From the NCBI GenBank assembly GCA_000004985.1, contig GG738899.1: a DNA stretch of 64,000 bases; one strand, written 5' to 3'. The translations under genes were made by a program, and so were the position numbers. Below the pieces are notes generated by a model. It was not told the origin of the DNA. It did no database searches and saw only the letters and a list, made by a program, of their open reading frames with translations. Source of the stretch: Naegleria gruberi. Lineage: Eukaryota. Shown piece by piece: positions 1 through 10,413 of the stretch; the stretch's first letter is position 1, and each line of letters begins with the position of its first letter.

Positions 1-614
1 ACAATAATAATAACAATAACAGGAAACGAAAGTATTGATCAAATCCTCAACAAGGATACTGAAGATGAATCTCTCAGAAAATACAAGGAACAATTGTTGG
101 GAGCTGCTGCTAAAGGAATTCCAAAGACTGATGATCCTCGTCGTGTTGTTGTTGAAACTTTTGGATTGAGATTCCCTGATGGTGAACACCCAGACATTAT
201 TAGAGAAGTTGACACCAAGGAAAAGGTTGCTACTTTGGAAAACGAACCTATCAATATCAAGGAAGGTGTCAAGTATTTATTCATTGTTACTTATAGAGTA
301 CAACACGACATTGTCCCTGCTTTGCACTTTGTTAACACAATCAAGAAGACTATGGTCACTGTCGATCAACAAGTAAGTAATTCAAATTTTGAAACAAATT
401 AGAAATTGAATTAATAATTATATAGAATACTATGATGGGAAGTTATGGTCCTCGTGCTGAACCATACACCTACAAGTCACAACCACAATATGCTCCAAGT
501 GGTATGTTGGCTCGTGGTTCTTTCAAGGCCAACACCAAGTTTGTTGATGATGATGGAAAATGTCACTTGGAAATGAACTACAGTTTGGTCATTAAGAAGG
601 ACTGGACTGATTAA
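1..614 (+). CDS. Rho GDP-dissociation inhibitor (RhoGDI), 5'-truncated by the window edge. Exon 1..372 is in frame from nt 1; intron 373..425 (GTAAGT...TATAG); exon 426..614 including the TAA stop.
   Basis: Translation ...DESLRKYKEQLLGAAAKG...KEGVKYLFIVTYRVQHDIVPALHFVNTIKKTMVTVDQQ joined to NTMMGSYGPRAEPYTYKS...GMLARGSFKANTKFVDDDGKCHLEMNYSLVIKKDWTD. This matches the conserved RhoGDI C-terminal immunoglobulin-like domain (human ...MVGSYGPRAEEY...KGMLARGSY...DDD...). The splice sites are canonical and the phase is consistent with ORFs 94..402 and 432..614. Confidence 0.85.
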
Positions 615-670
615 ACTGTAATAAAATGTAGAGATAGATGTATAGTAACAAATGATTTATTCTATTGCTG

Positions 671-2167
671 CTACTTTTTGGAGGTTGGTTGGATTTTGTT
701 TTTCAATTCTCTAATATTATTCAATAATTTCTCTTGCTCCTTCAGTAAGGCATTGAAATCCTTCACATCTTTCTGAGATCTGTATGAGGAATCACTTAGG
801 AAGCTATTCTGCTTACTAAAGGTATCTTTTGGAACTATTCTGGAGGAAGATTTCATTGTTTGGCTAGTGGAGGAAATGGTTTTTTGTTGAGGTTTAACAG
901 TTTCGATTGATATGGAGCTTTTTGGCCTTTCGGCAAAACTTGAACTAGGTCTCTTACTTGAGTTTGTTGGGGTGGTTGATCTTCTTGTCAATGATGGCGT
1001 GGAAGGTCTTTTAATTTCTGGAATTGGTCGAGAGAGGATACTATCTTCTTTAAGGAAAGTTTCTCTCCTCTGTTTCTCATCTCTTATTGCTTTTGCTCTC
1101 ATGTTCTTGCTCTCTTGAAGCTCCCTTCGCTTATCCTCAATCCTCTTCTTTCGTTTTTCTACTTCCAGTGAGTTTTGCAATTGTGTTAATGTTAAAATCG
1201 GATTACTCTCGTAGAGAGGTTTCGTCACAACTCTTTCTGAACTAGTATACACTCTAGGTTTAGGGGGAACAATCCTTTTTGGAGGTGTCGATTCCCTTTT
1301 CACTCTATCTTCCAAATAACGTTGTCTCACTTTGAGTCTTTCCACTGTCTTTTCAATTTCCTTCTTGTCTTTAAGAGTAATTGAAGAAAGATCAGAAGGA
1401 GGAGTATAAATTGCTTCCTCTGAAATTGTCTTTGAAATTGGAGAAGCTGACCTCACTGACTTTGAGTTTGTAGGAGTGGTTGGCCTATTATGTTGTCCCA
1501 ATAATTCATTTTCCAATTCCAAATCACGTTTAAACGATGGAGAAGATTTTGCTTTTGATTTGGAAGAACTCGAGGTATGATCTAATGAAAATCTACTAGC
1601 TGATGATCCAAATCCAAAACTACCATTCAATGATGACGATGTAGAATTTCTTACCAGAGTTGTGGTTGTATTTCCTTTAAGAAGGTTTGATCGTGAAGAA
1701 GAAAAGGAGCTTCGGAATGACGAATTTTCCTTAGGCTGGTGTTGAACAGTCGTACTTGTTCTAAATTCTGCGTTGGTTTTTAAAGGCTTTGATTTTGGTG
1801 GTGATAATTTTGTCAATTCATGTTGTTGATTAAAATTGAGTTCTTCATTCTCATCTTTTGATTCCTCATCATTATAAGAATGTTCTATTAAAACAAGTTG
1901 ATTAAATTCATCATCTGATTCTTCTTCTTGATCAGAATCTTGATGATTTTGAAAATGGAAAGAAGTGTTGGTTTGTATTCTTGAATTTTGATACTCGGAA
2001 TTTTCCTCAATTTCAATTAAGGAACTACTAATGGTACTTCTTGGACTGCTATCACCAAGTGAGAGTACCTCTGCATTATTTAATGATAATTGTTCTTCTC
2101 GTATGCTCGGAGTTGATTGATTTTCCAAAACATTCATCAATACTGATGAAGCTGACAACATTTTCAA
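671..2167 (-). CDS. Hypothetical Ser/Thr-rich low-complexity protein (498 aa) with a K/E-rich coiled-coil-like segment.
   Basis: Long intact ORF of compositionally biased sequence. No recognisable domain beyond a charged heptad-like region (KDKKEIEKTVERLKVRQRYLEDRVKRE). Confidence 0.45.
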   Translation of the reverse strand: MKMLSASSVLMNVLENQSTPSIREEQLSLNNAEVLSLGDSSPRSTISSSLIEIEENSEYQNSRIQTNTSFHFQNHQDSDQEEESDDEFNQLVLIEHSYNDEESKDENEELNFNQQHELTKLSPPKSKPLKTNAEFRTSTTVQHQPKENSSFRSSFSSSRSNLLKGNTTTTLVRNSTSSSLNGSFGFGSSASRFSLDHTSSSSKSKAKSSPSFKRDLELENELLGQHNRPTTPTNSKSVRSASPISKTISEEAIYTPPSDLSSITLKDKKEIEKTVERLKVRQRYLEDRVKRESTPPKRIVPPKPRVYTSSERVVTKPLYESNPILTLTQLQNSLEVEKRKKRIEDKRRELQESKNMRAKAIRDEKQRRETFLKEDSILSRPIPEIKRPSTPSLTRRSTTPTNSSKRPSSSFAERPKSSISIETVKPQQKTISSTSQTMKSSSRIVPKDTFSKQNSFLSDSSYRSQKDVKDFNALLKEQEKLLNNIRELKNKIQPTSKK

Positions 2168-2473
2168 TTAAATTCTCTGATTCCAACTCTGTTTTCTATT
2201 ATTTTGTACAAGTTTATTATCTTTTAATCAATATAAAAACCTGCTTTATCTTTAAATTATTACTCGAACTACAATTTTTTGTATTTTTTTATTAAGGAAG
2301 TTTCTTTGAATGGATTGAGTCATCAGATGGGTGGGGTTGTGGAGTTTAGTTTGCGACAACATTGCAGAATTGTTGGTGGTTGAATTATTGGATGATTGCT
2401 GTTTTAACGGATTTCAAGTGACTTATTGGAGAGGGTTATTTACAAGAGGAGGGTAATCATGAGCTATCAGAAT

Positions 2474-4807
2474 TTACCATAATCCAAAGCTAAAGACGTC
2501 TCGGTTGAGTATAGATGATGAGGTGTTTTGATTTGAATCCTCTGGGGTGGGCGTGTCTTCATCTACTTTGTGGATTCCAGAGAGAAAATCTTTTACACTA
2601 TGAAGTGAGAGTGTTCTCCTGTTATTGTTTGATTTTTCTGATTCACTTGAGGAAGTGCTGCTATCTTGTTGATGTTGTGAACGGTGGTCATCTTTGGAAT
2701 CTTTGGTTCCAAGAAATATTCCTTTCACTGATTTACCAACACTCAGTAATTGTCTATGTATCTCAATAACTGGATGGATTTTTACACTCCTCTGTTGGCC
2801 AAATATATCTTTTTTGAGGTTTAGTAGAGTTCTCACAAGTTTTTCAGAGTCAGGTCTATCTTTAGGTTCTAGAGAGAGCATTGATATGATGAGATTGGCA
2901 AATCCTTCATGATATTTGCTACACCGTTTTCTGATCAGCCCGTGGAATTGTTGTTGATCTTTCATGGCCATAATGTATGGTGAAAAATTGAGGATTTCAC
3001 ATCCAACAAGCTCTAGAAAAACTATTCCCATTGACCATATATCAGAGGAGTAAATATAATTCATGAATAAAGATGTAGGGGCTATTGGTTCCTTAGAATC
3101 CAACTCTGTTATATCTTTAACACCAATATGACACTCTGGTGATTGATATTTGATAGTACCTGCACTTGAGATTGTATCATTCAAATTTTTAGAGGTTAAT
3201 GATCTCAAATTATAAATTAAACCAAAATCTCCAATTTTACATTCTTTGAATTTTGAACTGAGTAAAATGTTCTTTGGTTTTATATCTCTGTGAAGAAGCC
3301 CATTCAAATGAAGATGATTTAGACCGGCAGACATTTGAATCATCAGAGACAGCAGGTGAGCCTCTTGAATTGTTTGGCCTTGATCTTTGTGTCCATTAAT
3401 GAATTGTTCTAAATCTCCATCATCCATGTATTCCATTACTAGACAGAGTGTAAATAGTGATGAGAATTCATTGTCTGATTTTGAAAAGTAAATGTCCTGT
3501 ATAGATATTAATTGAGGATAGCTGATTTTTCTGATTGGCCAAAATTCAACGAGGGCATCATTTGCATTATTGATATCGTCACAATTAATTTTCTTAATAC
3601 CAACTGTTACTCTATCGGATTTTCTTACAGCTTTGTACACTTTACCAAAAGATCCTCTTCCGACTTCTTCCAGAATTTCATAATGACTCTCTTCATACAG
3701 ATTTTCACTATTATTTTGTGGTAGATCAAAATTGCTGTCACATATGCTTGTCAGTTTTTCAGATGATGGTTTCTTCTTAAGGCCGGATAATATGAACGAG
3801 TCATCAAATGAAATTGTTTCGTAATCATGTAAGCTCTCTAAAGAATTATTTGGTGATATGTGGTGCTTCACACCCTCGAATTTTTGTGGTAATATTAATT
3901 TCATTCCTATTGTAACAACTCCTGTTTTATCTTTACCTCGTTTCAGAGATAGTTCAATCATATCCACAGATCTAGATCTAAAATCCATCAATCTGTTAAT
4001 ATCATACACAGCCTCTCCAATAAAGTTAACATGAGGTTTACATTTCATTATATAGTTGTGAAGCATTTCTGAAGTGGCAGAAATGTTATCCAATTGCATA
4101 GCAATTTGTGGTAGAATTTTCTTCGACTCCAACGATGAAGAATGTTCAAATACATAATGTGATTCATTACTATTATTACTAGCTGAATTGCAAATGGTCA
4201 TAACTTGTTGATATTCTGCCTCTGATAATTGGATTGGTAATATAACCTTCTCTCCTTTCCATTTGAATGTAAATCCATCAGAGAGAGGTGATTTTCTAAT
4301 TCGAGATGAATGGGCTACTACTTGTTTATATTCATCACCTAATAATTCTTCTTGTTCATCACTTCTTTTTACACTAAATGTTAAACAAGTATCAAATATC
4401 GAAGCACTAAAGTATTGAGTAAAACTCAAATCACTTGCAAGTGTTACAGTTCCAATACTAAATTCAATTCCAATATGATTCGGAGGTAAAATTAATGGTT
4501 GTTTGTTATTTTCCTCGATATCTTCTTCATCAGAATGATTATATTTATCACTAATTAAATTATCATTTTCCGTAATTAAATTATGTAACATTTCACTAAA
4601 TGATTTCCTTCTCGGATGTTCTTGTTGCTGTACTTTGAGAGTATTGTTATTATTATTCTGTACATTTGATTTTTCCTTGTTTCGATCATTACTATTATTA
4701 TTATTACTATCGGAAGATGATTGTGGTGGTGTAGTCGTTGGTGTTGGTGAGGAGGTTGATGAACTCTTGTCCAATCCCATAAACGACCTGAATCCACCAA
4801 AGAACAT
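2474..4807 (-). CDS. Ser/Thr protein kinase (777 aa) with a large N-terminal non-kinase region and a C-terminal kinase domain.
   Basis: Kinase subdomain motifs are present: GRGSFGKVYKAVRK...VGIKKI (Gly-loop and VAIK-like Lys), HRDIKPKNILL (catalytic loop), DFGL (DFG) and SDIWSMGIVFLEL (subdomain IX). Single uninterrupted ORF. Confidence 0.8.
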   Translation of the reverse strand: MFFGGFRSFMGLDKSSSTSSPTPTTTPPQSSSDSNNNNSNDRNKEKSNVQNNNNNTLKVQQQEHPRRKSFSEMLHNLITENDNLISDKYNHSDEEDIEENNKQPLILPPNHIGIEFSIGTVTLASDLSFTQYFSASIFDTCLTFSVKRSDEQEELLGDEYKQVVAHSSRIRKSPLSDGFTFKWKGEKVILPIQLSEAEYQQVMTICNSASNNSNESHYVFEHSSSLESKKILPQIAMQLDNISATSEMLHNYIMKCKPHVNFIGEAVYDINRLMDFRSRSVDMIELSLKRGKDKTGVVTIGMKLILPQKFEGVKHHISPNNSLESLHDYETISFDDSFILSGLKKKPSSEKLTSICDSNFDLPQNNSENLYEESHYEILEEVGRGSFGKVYKAVRKSDRVTVGIKKINCDDINNANDALVEFWPIRKISYPQLISIQDIYFSKSDNEFSSLFTLCLVMEYMDDGDLEQFINGHKDQGQTIQEAHLLSLMIQMSAGLNHLHLNGLLHRDIKPKNILLSSKFKECKIGDFGLIYNLRSLTSKNLNDTISSAGTIKYQSPECHIGVKDITELDSKEPIAPTSLFMNYIYSSDIWSMGIVFLELVGCEILNFSPYIMAMKDQQQFHGLIRKRCSKYHEGFANLIISMLSLEPKDRPDSEKLVRTLLNLKKDIFGQQRSVKIHPVIEIHRQLLSVGKSVKGIFLGTKDSKDDHRSQHQQDSSTSSSESEKSNNNRRTLSLHSVKDFLSGIHKVDEDTPTPEDSNQNTSSSILNRDVFSFGLW

Positions 4808-5013
4808 TTTTTATTCTTAAAATTAGCTGAGAAATGAACTTGTAGGTTTATCAGAAATGAATTGGATGATCTTGTTTAAATTGGATATATTTCTCTATGC
4901 AGTTGATCGAAATGTTCAGGCAACGTTTTCAATTCAATATTGAAAATGAATTACAAAATTCTTTATTATTTATTGATAATTTATTGAGCCGAAAGTTAAT
5001 GGTTTCGACTGCC

Positions 5014-5775
5014 TTAGTAGAAGAGTTTATTTGCAACAACATATTGTTCAGTGCTATTTGGTGCATATCCTAGATTACCTCCTTCGAATAAAATTTGGAA
5101 AGCAGCAATAGTTGCATCAAAATCAGAATTCAATTCTGAAACAACTTCATGAAATGAAATGCCTGGTTTCTTAGCAACAAGTTCATAGATAGACACTTCC
5201 AGAGTTTTTTGTTGTTGAACTTTTGGCACTTTCTTCCCTACAAGTGAACCATATTGAGAATGCAGAGATGCAACAATTACGTCCAATAAGTGAGTGGTAA
5301 ATTCATTGATATCCATAATTAGTGATAAACCTGTACCAACAATATATCTTGTTCCAGTTCTATTATCAATATTCAAAATACCATAAATTCTCAAAAAGAG
5401 TCCATTTTCAATAACACCACCACAAGCTTCAAACTTTTTCTCAGTATCAATTGCGTACAAAATTACGCTCATCCTTCCTGTACCATCATCAAGGAATAAA
5501 TTTAATTTTCGTTTCTCGGGTTCATTAGTAAATTTTACAATTTGTGCAACAAGAGTAACTTGTTCAATTCTTTTCTTCTTTGTCTTGCAGTCAATGACGA
5601 AATGATTGGTTTCTGGCATTTCGGCATGGATTAATTGTCTAATATTTACAGGTGTAATACCTCCTTTCTCGGAAGCACTTTCACTACTATTTACATGTGA
5701 TGTGTTATGTACCATGGATTGATCTACATCTTCACCACCATGCACATCACTTCCTCTAAAATCATGATCATCCAT
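5014..5775 (-). CDS. RPA2: Replication protein A 32-kDa subunit (RPA2)-like protein: S-rich N-terminus, OB fold, C-terminal winged helix.
   Basis: TPVNIRQLIHA...VTLVAQIVK...LFLDDGTGRMSVILY...ENGLFLRIYGILN follows the RPA32 OB-fold pattern (TPV.I.Q...V.iVG.i...lDDgTG.i). The C-terminal VSIYELVAKKPGISFHEVVSELN resembles the RPA32 wH domain. Confidence 0.6.
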   Translation of the reverse strand: MDDHDFRGSDVHGGEDVDQSMVHNTSHVNSSESASEKGGITPVNIRQLIHAEMPETNHFVIDCKTKKKRIEQVTLVAQIVKFTNEPEKRKLNLFLDDGTGRMSVILYAIDTEKKFEACGGVIENGLFLRIYGILNIDNRTGTRYIVGTGLSLIMDINEFTTHLLDVIVASLHSQYGSLVGKKVPKVQQQKTLEVSIYELVAKKPGISFHEVVSELNSDFDATIAAFQILFEGGNLGYAPNSTEQYVVANKLFY

Positions 5776-5939
5776 CTTGATTGCTGGGTATTTTTTTAAA
5801 TATTTGATGTTCTAAATTTAATGTTTTTCTATTCTTCTAAAAAATAGAAACAAAATTTCTAGTTTTATCTGGAAGACAAAAAACTATTGATTCATTACAG
5901 AAAATATGTCAAGTTAAATTAATAGTAATTACAATTAGT

Positions 5940-6605
5940 TTAATTCTTCTTATGATGAGAATCCTTTTCATATTCAAATTCAACCAATTCATTAGCACTG
6001 CAGTACATTTGAATAAAGTTCATCAATTGTTTACCAGCCCATGTTGGAACAAGAAGAGCCAAAGCAATAATCAACCAGAGTTGACTCAATTGATAGAAAT
6101 GAATGGCATATAAAAAGACATAGAACAATTCATTACCAACACACAAAATAGCCATGAATGTCTTGTTAGTATAATATAAAGCCAATAAGTAACTTCTGTC
6201 CCAATCAACATCCTTGTGACTAGCAGTACCAATAACCAAACTGACATACATACGGAACCAATGTGAAACAAAGTCCAAAATATTCAACAAGACAAAATAT
6301 GGAGTATAATTTGGATAAAAGTTAGAAAGAATGGTAACAAGAGCAGCAGTACTGAAACGATCAGTGACCATATCTAAAACAGCTCCGAATCTAGAACATT
6401 GATTATAATGACGAGCAGCAATACCATCCAAACCATCCAAAACAAAACTTGTTGTATAGATAACAATCACAGTTCCTGGATATGATTCATAAATAAAGAA
6501 AGATAAAAGTGAAAGGAAAACACGAAGATAACCAATCAAATTTGGAATATAAAAATAAATTTTGTAGGCCTCTGGGTTTCTTGGAGTAACTTTAGTAGCT
6601 GCCAT
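5940..6605 (-). CDS. CDIPT: CDP-diacylglycerol--inositol 3-phosphatidyltransferase (phosphatidylinositol synthase). The true ATG is at 6605 (MAATKV...); the ORF-track start at 6623 is an alternative-codon extension.
   Basis: CDP-alcohol phosphatidyltransferase signature D-G-x2-A-R-x8-G-x3-D-x3-D in LDGLDGIAARHYNQCSRFGAVLDMVTDR. The FGAVLDMVTDR stretch is characteristic of PI synthases. Multi-pass membrane protein. Confidence 0.8.
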   Translation of the reverse strand: MAATKVTPRNPEAYKIYFYIPNLIGYLRVFLSLLSFFIYESYPGTVIVIYTTSFVLDGLDGIAARHYNQCSRFGAVLDMVTDRFSTAALVTILSNFYPNYTPYFVLLNILDFVSHWFRMYVSLVIGTASHKDVDWDRSYLLALYYTNKTFMAILCVGNELFYVFLYAIHFYQLSQLWLIIALALLVPTWAGKQLMNFIQMYCSANELVEFEYEKDSHHKKN

Positions 6606-7023
6606 CTCTTTCCGAATCAACAAATAAATAATAATAATACTAGAAAAATCCGTTGTTGGATGATGAAAATATTTTTTCTTGTTGAAATTTTAAAAAATTC
6701 AAATCCAAATTTTTAAAAACAACGGAAAGTGAATCAAATTAGGCGAACAAAGCGGCACCGTTTTTTAACCCTAATATGTTGAACCAGCATTTAGATTAGG
6801 TTCAGTGTTCGTTTCGAATAGATTGGCTCAATTTCCAAGTTTACAATTTTACGGTATTGCTCTATCTCTTACCAAAAGGTTTTATTTATGAAATTAATGT
6901 CTATTTTACAGACATAAGAATATTATTTGTCTTTTATTGATTCGTTTTTCTAATAGAGGTTTCCACATTATTCGAAATGATTCACATTTAGAAGCACTGT
7001 CACTTGTCAACAATCCAAAAAAA

Positions 7024-8079
7024 ATGAGTTCAAAGGAAATGAAGATTGTCGTCGTTGGTGACGGTGCTGTTGGTAGGTGTTATTTTTACCTAGAATTGGA
7101 TTTGATAATTATTTCAATATATAGGCAAGACATGTTTACTATGGGTTTATGCTAATAACTCATTCCCAGAGACTTATGTTCCAACTGGTAAGTCTTTCTT
7201 ATATGATGATAAGATTCGAATAGAAGAATGATTAGTATTTGACAATTATAAAACAACAGTTTCGCTGGATGGTAGAACTGTAAAATTGGAATTATGGGAT
7301 ACTGGTATGTACACAAAGTTTTTTTGATCATTTTACGACGATGTAAATTATAGCTGGTCAGGAAGAGTAAGTTTTCGAATAGTGATGATGACGAGGAATA
7401 TATATTTTTATTGTATTATTATTATAATGATCGGGTGATGAAACTCTCTTTTTGGAATCAAATATTTGATCAACATGTTGATATGGTGATGAAACATTCA
7501 TGATGATGGATTCTATTGTTATTATTGTTCTTATTATTATTATATTGGAAAAATAACTAAAGATATGACCGTTTGCGTCCACTCTCATATCCTGGTACAC
7601 AAGTTTTCTTGATTTGCTTTTCAACAGTTGATGAAACTAGTTATGCTAACATTAGGTAGGTTTTTTATAATGACAAGATGATGACAATAATCTTCTACTA
7701 CTACTAAACTTTTATTATGATTCACATCAATAATAATAACATTTAAACAACAATTATTAACACAATACTTTAATATAATGATACAAAAACAATTAGAACT
7801 AAATGGTATCCAGAAGTTAATCATCACTCTGATGGTGTTCCAATTGTTCTTGTTGGTACAAAAGTTGATTTACGTGAGATGGGTGACAAATCACAAGGAG
7901 GTGACAATATTTCACCACAATTGGGTGAAAAACTAAAGGCAGAAATTAAAGCTATCAAATATGTTGAATGTTCTGCCAAGACACAACAAGGTGTTAAAAT
8001 GGTCTTTGATGAAGCCATTAGAGCTGTTCTTTTCCCAAGAAGTGGATCTGGAAAGAAATCAGGATGTGAATTATTGTAA
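7024..8079 (+). CDS. Rho-family small GTPase (Rac-like), 6 exons: 7024..7072, 7125..7187, 7236..7304, 7354..7366 (13-nt micro-exon), 7563..7655, 7797..8079. 570 nt = 189 aa plus stop; C-terminal CAAX box CELL.
   Basis: [12 protein letters not shown]|[20 protein letters not shown]|[23 protein letters not shown]|AGQE|[31 protein letters not shown]|[27 protein letters not shown]...[20 protein letters not shown]...CELL. Every junction is GT..AG and phase-consistent, and exon lengths sum to a multiple of 3. Anchored to ORFs 6937..7155 and 7879..8079. Confidence 0.8.
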
Positions 8080-8160
8080 ATTAATTTGCCTTTTTGTAGA
8101 TAATTGCTATTGTAAAGCAATAATGAATTTTATATATTATATTTAGTATTTGTTTCAATA

Positions 8161-8423
8161 GGATTGTAATTTTTGATAACCATTTCAGAGAATATGTCTA
8201 TTTCATCCCAATTTGAGTTTTCGACATTTTCTTCCTCTTGCAGTATCTTTGAAAGATTACTTTTGGAGGTTCTTCTTCTTCTTCTTGTGGTTCTGTATTC
8301 ACTTGACTCTGTGAAGAAATCTTCTTCGTCATCGTGTTAATCTTCCATACTATCAAATCCAAGACTCTTCTTCTTTGGAGATGGCTGAGGTTGTTTTGAA
8401 CAATTAAGTATGGATTTATTAGT
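8161..8423 (-). pseudogene. Degenerate partial duplicate of the 3' end (last ~80 codons, stop and 3' flank) of the SCYL1-like gene at 10414..12687.
   Basis: Blocks are near-identical to 10401..10870: ccatttcagagaa(c/t)atgtctatttcatcccaatttgagttttcgacattttcttcctcttgcagtatctttgaaagattac, then ...tccatactatcaaatccaagac(t/c)cttcttc... Internal deletions and an in-frame TAA interrupt it. The alt-frame motif RRRVLDLIVWK is shared by ORFs 8198..8461 and 10563..10904. Confidence 0.6.
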
Positions 8424-8469
8424 TGAACCACCAACCAAAACAACATCATCAATTTGTACACTGCATCTG

Positions 8470-8632
8470 TACCTGTACCTTATCTAAATATTCCCTACTT
8501 GAGGATCGTAAACACTTTTTTAGTATTCCAAAAGTTCAAGAAATGCTCAGAATTCTTTAATGGAAGGAATTGTGTAAATCAATCCAGATGAAGCAGTTGT
8601 TAATGGTGCTGCAGTTCAAGGTGTGTTTTAAT
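8470..8632 (+). pseudogene. Hsp70 (HSPA-family) gene fragment relic, frameshifted.
   Basis: Translations in shifting frames give ...[12 protein letters not shown] / FNGRELCKS / [15 protein letters not shown]-stop. This matches the highly conserved Hsp70 segment ...[39 protein letters not shown]. No start codon or upstream Hsp70 sequence is present. Confidence 0.5.
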
Positions 8633-8653
8633 TGGTAAATTCTCTTATCGATG

Positions 8654-10275
8654 TTACTCATTATGATTAGATGCACCATCTAGAAGAGATTCATTAATAC
8701 GATTGTTTTGAGATTCCACATTTCTCTTATTGGAAGAATCACTCAATTTTCCACATCTGAAACAAGATTGATAACAAATTTTCAATTCATCCAAACTAAA
8801 TTCCATATATAACAAGCCACTGACCACAATAAATAAAATAAAATTCAGAATGGCACCAATAATTGGTTCAGTAAATTCAGCTCCAGTGTTCTGAGATTCT
8901 TGAACCAGATAAATTATTACCATTAATATAAAACATGGAAATACAATGGAAACAAATATCAAAAAGTTGGCATACTAAAATTGTTAATTATTTCCATATA
9001 TATATTTAACTCACCCCAGTGTTCCAAATATTAATATCTGATACTTTTTTCATAGCTCTAGCGATAATTAATCCAACAATTAAAAATACTTTTTCATTAT
9101 TGTTATGATTTACTTTCTAAAAAAGTATTACTTACTAAATATAGATAATAACAACCAAAGTGCAATAAATATTTTGACATATTGAAAAGCAAATGACTGA
9201 ATAATAGCTATTGATACAATCCCTAATACTGAGAATATAATTGGTATAGCATAAATCAATATACTATAAATGGTTTTTCTCTTATTGACAACGCCAAAAC
9301 TATTCGTGACCAATTTCCTAACCAGGAGAATAAAGCCAAAAATAAGAAAATATGAAAATAATCTGACACTATTACCACAATGGTTCTCTGGTAATTCTCA
9401 AATCTAAGGATGTATCTATACAAATAAGTTCCAAATTCACTACAAATCCTAAAAGTAATATATAAAATAGTAATAATTGGATATAAGGATCTTAATTTGA
9501 CACACTGAATGAGTTTAGGAATGAAAACTAAGAAGAATGCAATAATTAATTGACCAAATGTCAATATTATTGAAATGATACCAACTGCAAAAGTGAGATA
9601 TTGCTTATTTGGAGAATAAAAACATTTTTCAAAGAATGCACTGTCATTAATAGAGCAAGCACAAAAGTATGAAAATGGATATCTCAAAATTCCATTCACA
9701 TTTGATTGATTAAATAAAAAAGGAAATCCAAAAATACTGTCTCCACAATAAAGCAATCTTGTTGGAAAATAATTAATCATCTCATGTAACATAACCAAAT
9801 TAGGATTACATTCTTCTCGTTTCACCATTTTCCTATAAATTAAACTGTTATTTCCACAATATTGACATGCATTAATCCATTCCTCTGCTGAACTATCCAA
9901 TCTTCTCATCATATCAAGAGTAGCAGCATTTGCATTACACAACACTTCAAAGCAAGTTTGATTTAAAGTTTTTTCTAATTTTCCAATTTTTTCACAAATA
10001 TTAATTCTCGGAGATTGATAAATTAATTTGGTTGATTCGGAATCAATGGTTGGTCCTTTGGTTATTACTAGAGAGACATTGCTGGTGTATGAAACATCGA
10101 GACAATTGAAATTATTTGGAAGAAACTGATCTAAATCATATTTCGGAAAGAGAAACATTCGCCAAACGTTTTCAATTGTGCAGTTGGAGAAGAATACTTT
10201 CTCTGAACCATGGACTGTCAGATGGCAGGAAATGAGAAGGAATGCCGAGAGGATAAAGAGATACCTTGTTGACAT
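8654..10275 (-). CDS. Seven-transmembrane receptor-like membrane protein with a signal peptide and a Cys-rich ~190-aa N-terminal ectodomain. Proposed exons 9311..10275, 9136..9263, 9015..9088, 8654..8974, with introns of 47, 47 and 40 bp.
   Basis: MSTRYLFILSAFLLISCHLTVHG (signal), many Cys in the ectodomain, then 7 hydrophobic helices spread across ORFs 9256..10275, 9128..9313 and 8654..8962. Those ORFs lie in different frames and can only be joined by short GT..AG introns. The first donor (GTCACG) is weak, so the exon model is tentative. Confidence 0.45.
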
Positions 10276-10413
10276 TTTTTTACTTTGAGCTTTTCAAACT
10301 CCGAACTAATTTGAATTAGTTAGAAAAGAGATGGAAGATAAATAGATTCATATTATTTCTTATTCTTAAATTCGGAAAGAATATGACAAAATATCCTCAG
10401 CAGCTTGAGGTCT

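Noticed and set aside
39-284. 81-aa ORF antisense to RhoGDI.
   Set aside because: It lies completely within the conserved RhoGDI coding exon on the opposite strand.
7236-7304. Suspected +1 frameshift (T4 instead of T3 at about 7259..7262) in Rac exon 3.
   Set aside because: It came from my own mis-segmentation of the sequence lines. Re-anchoring to ORFs 7358..7624 and 7621..7827 and summing exon lengths (570 nt, a multiple of 3) shows the gene is intact.
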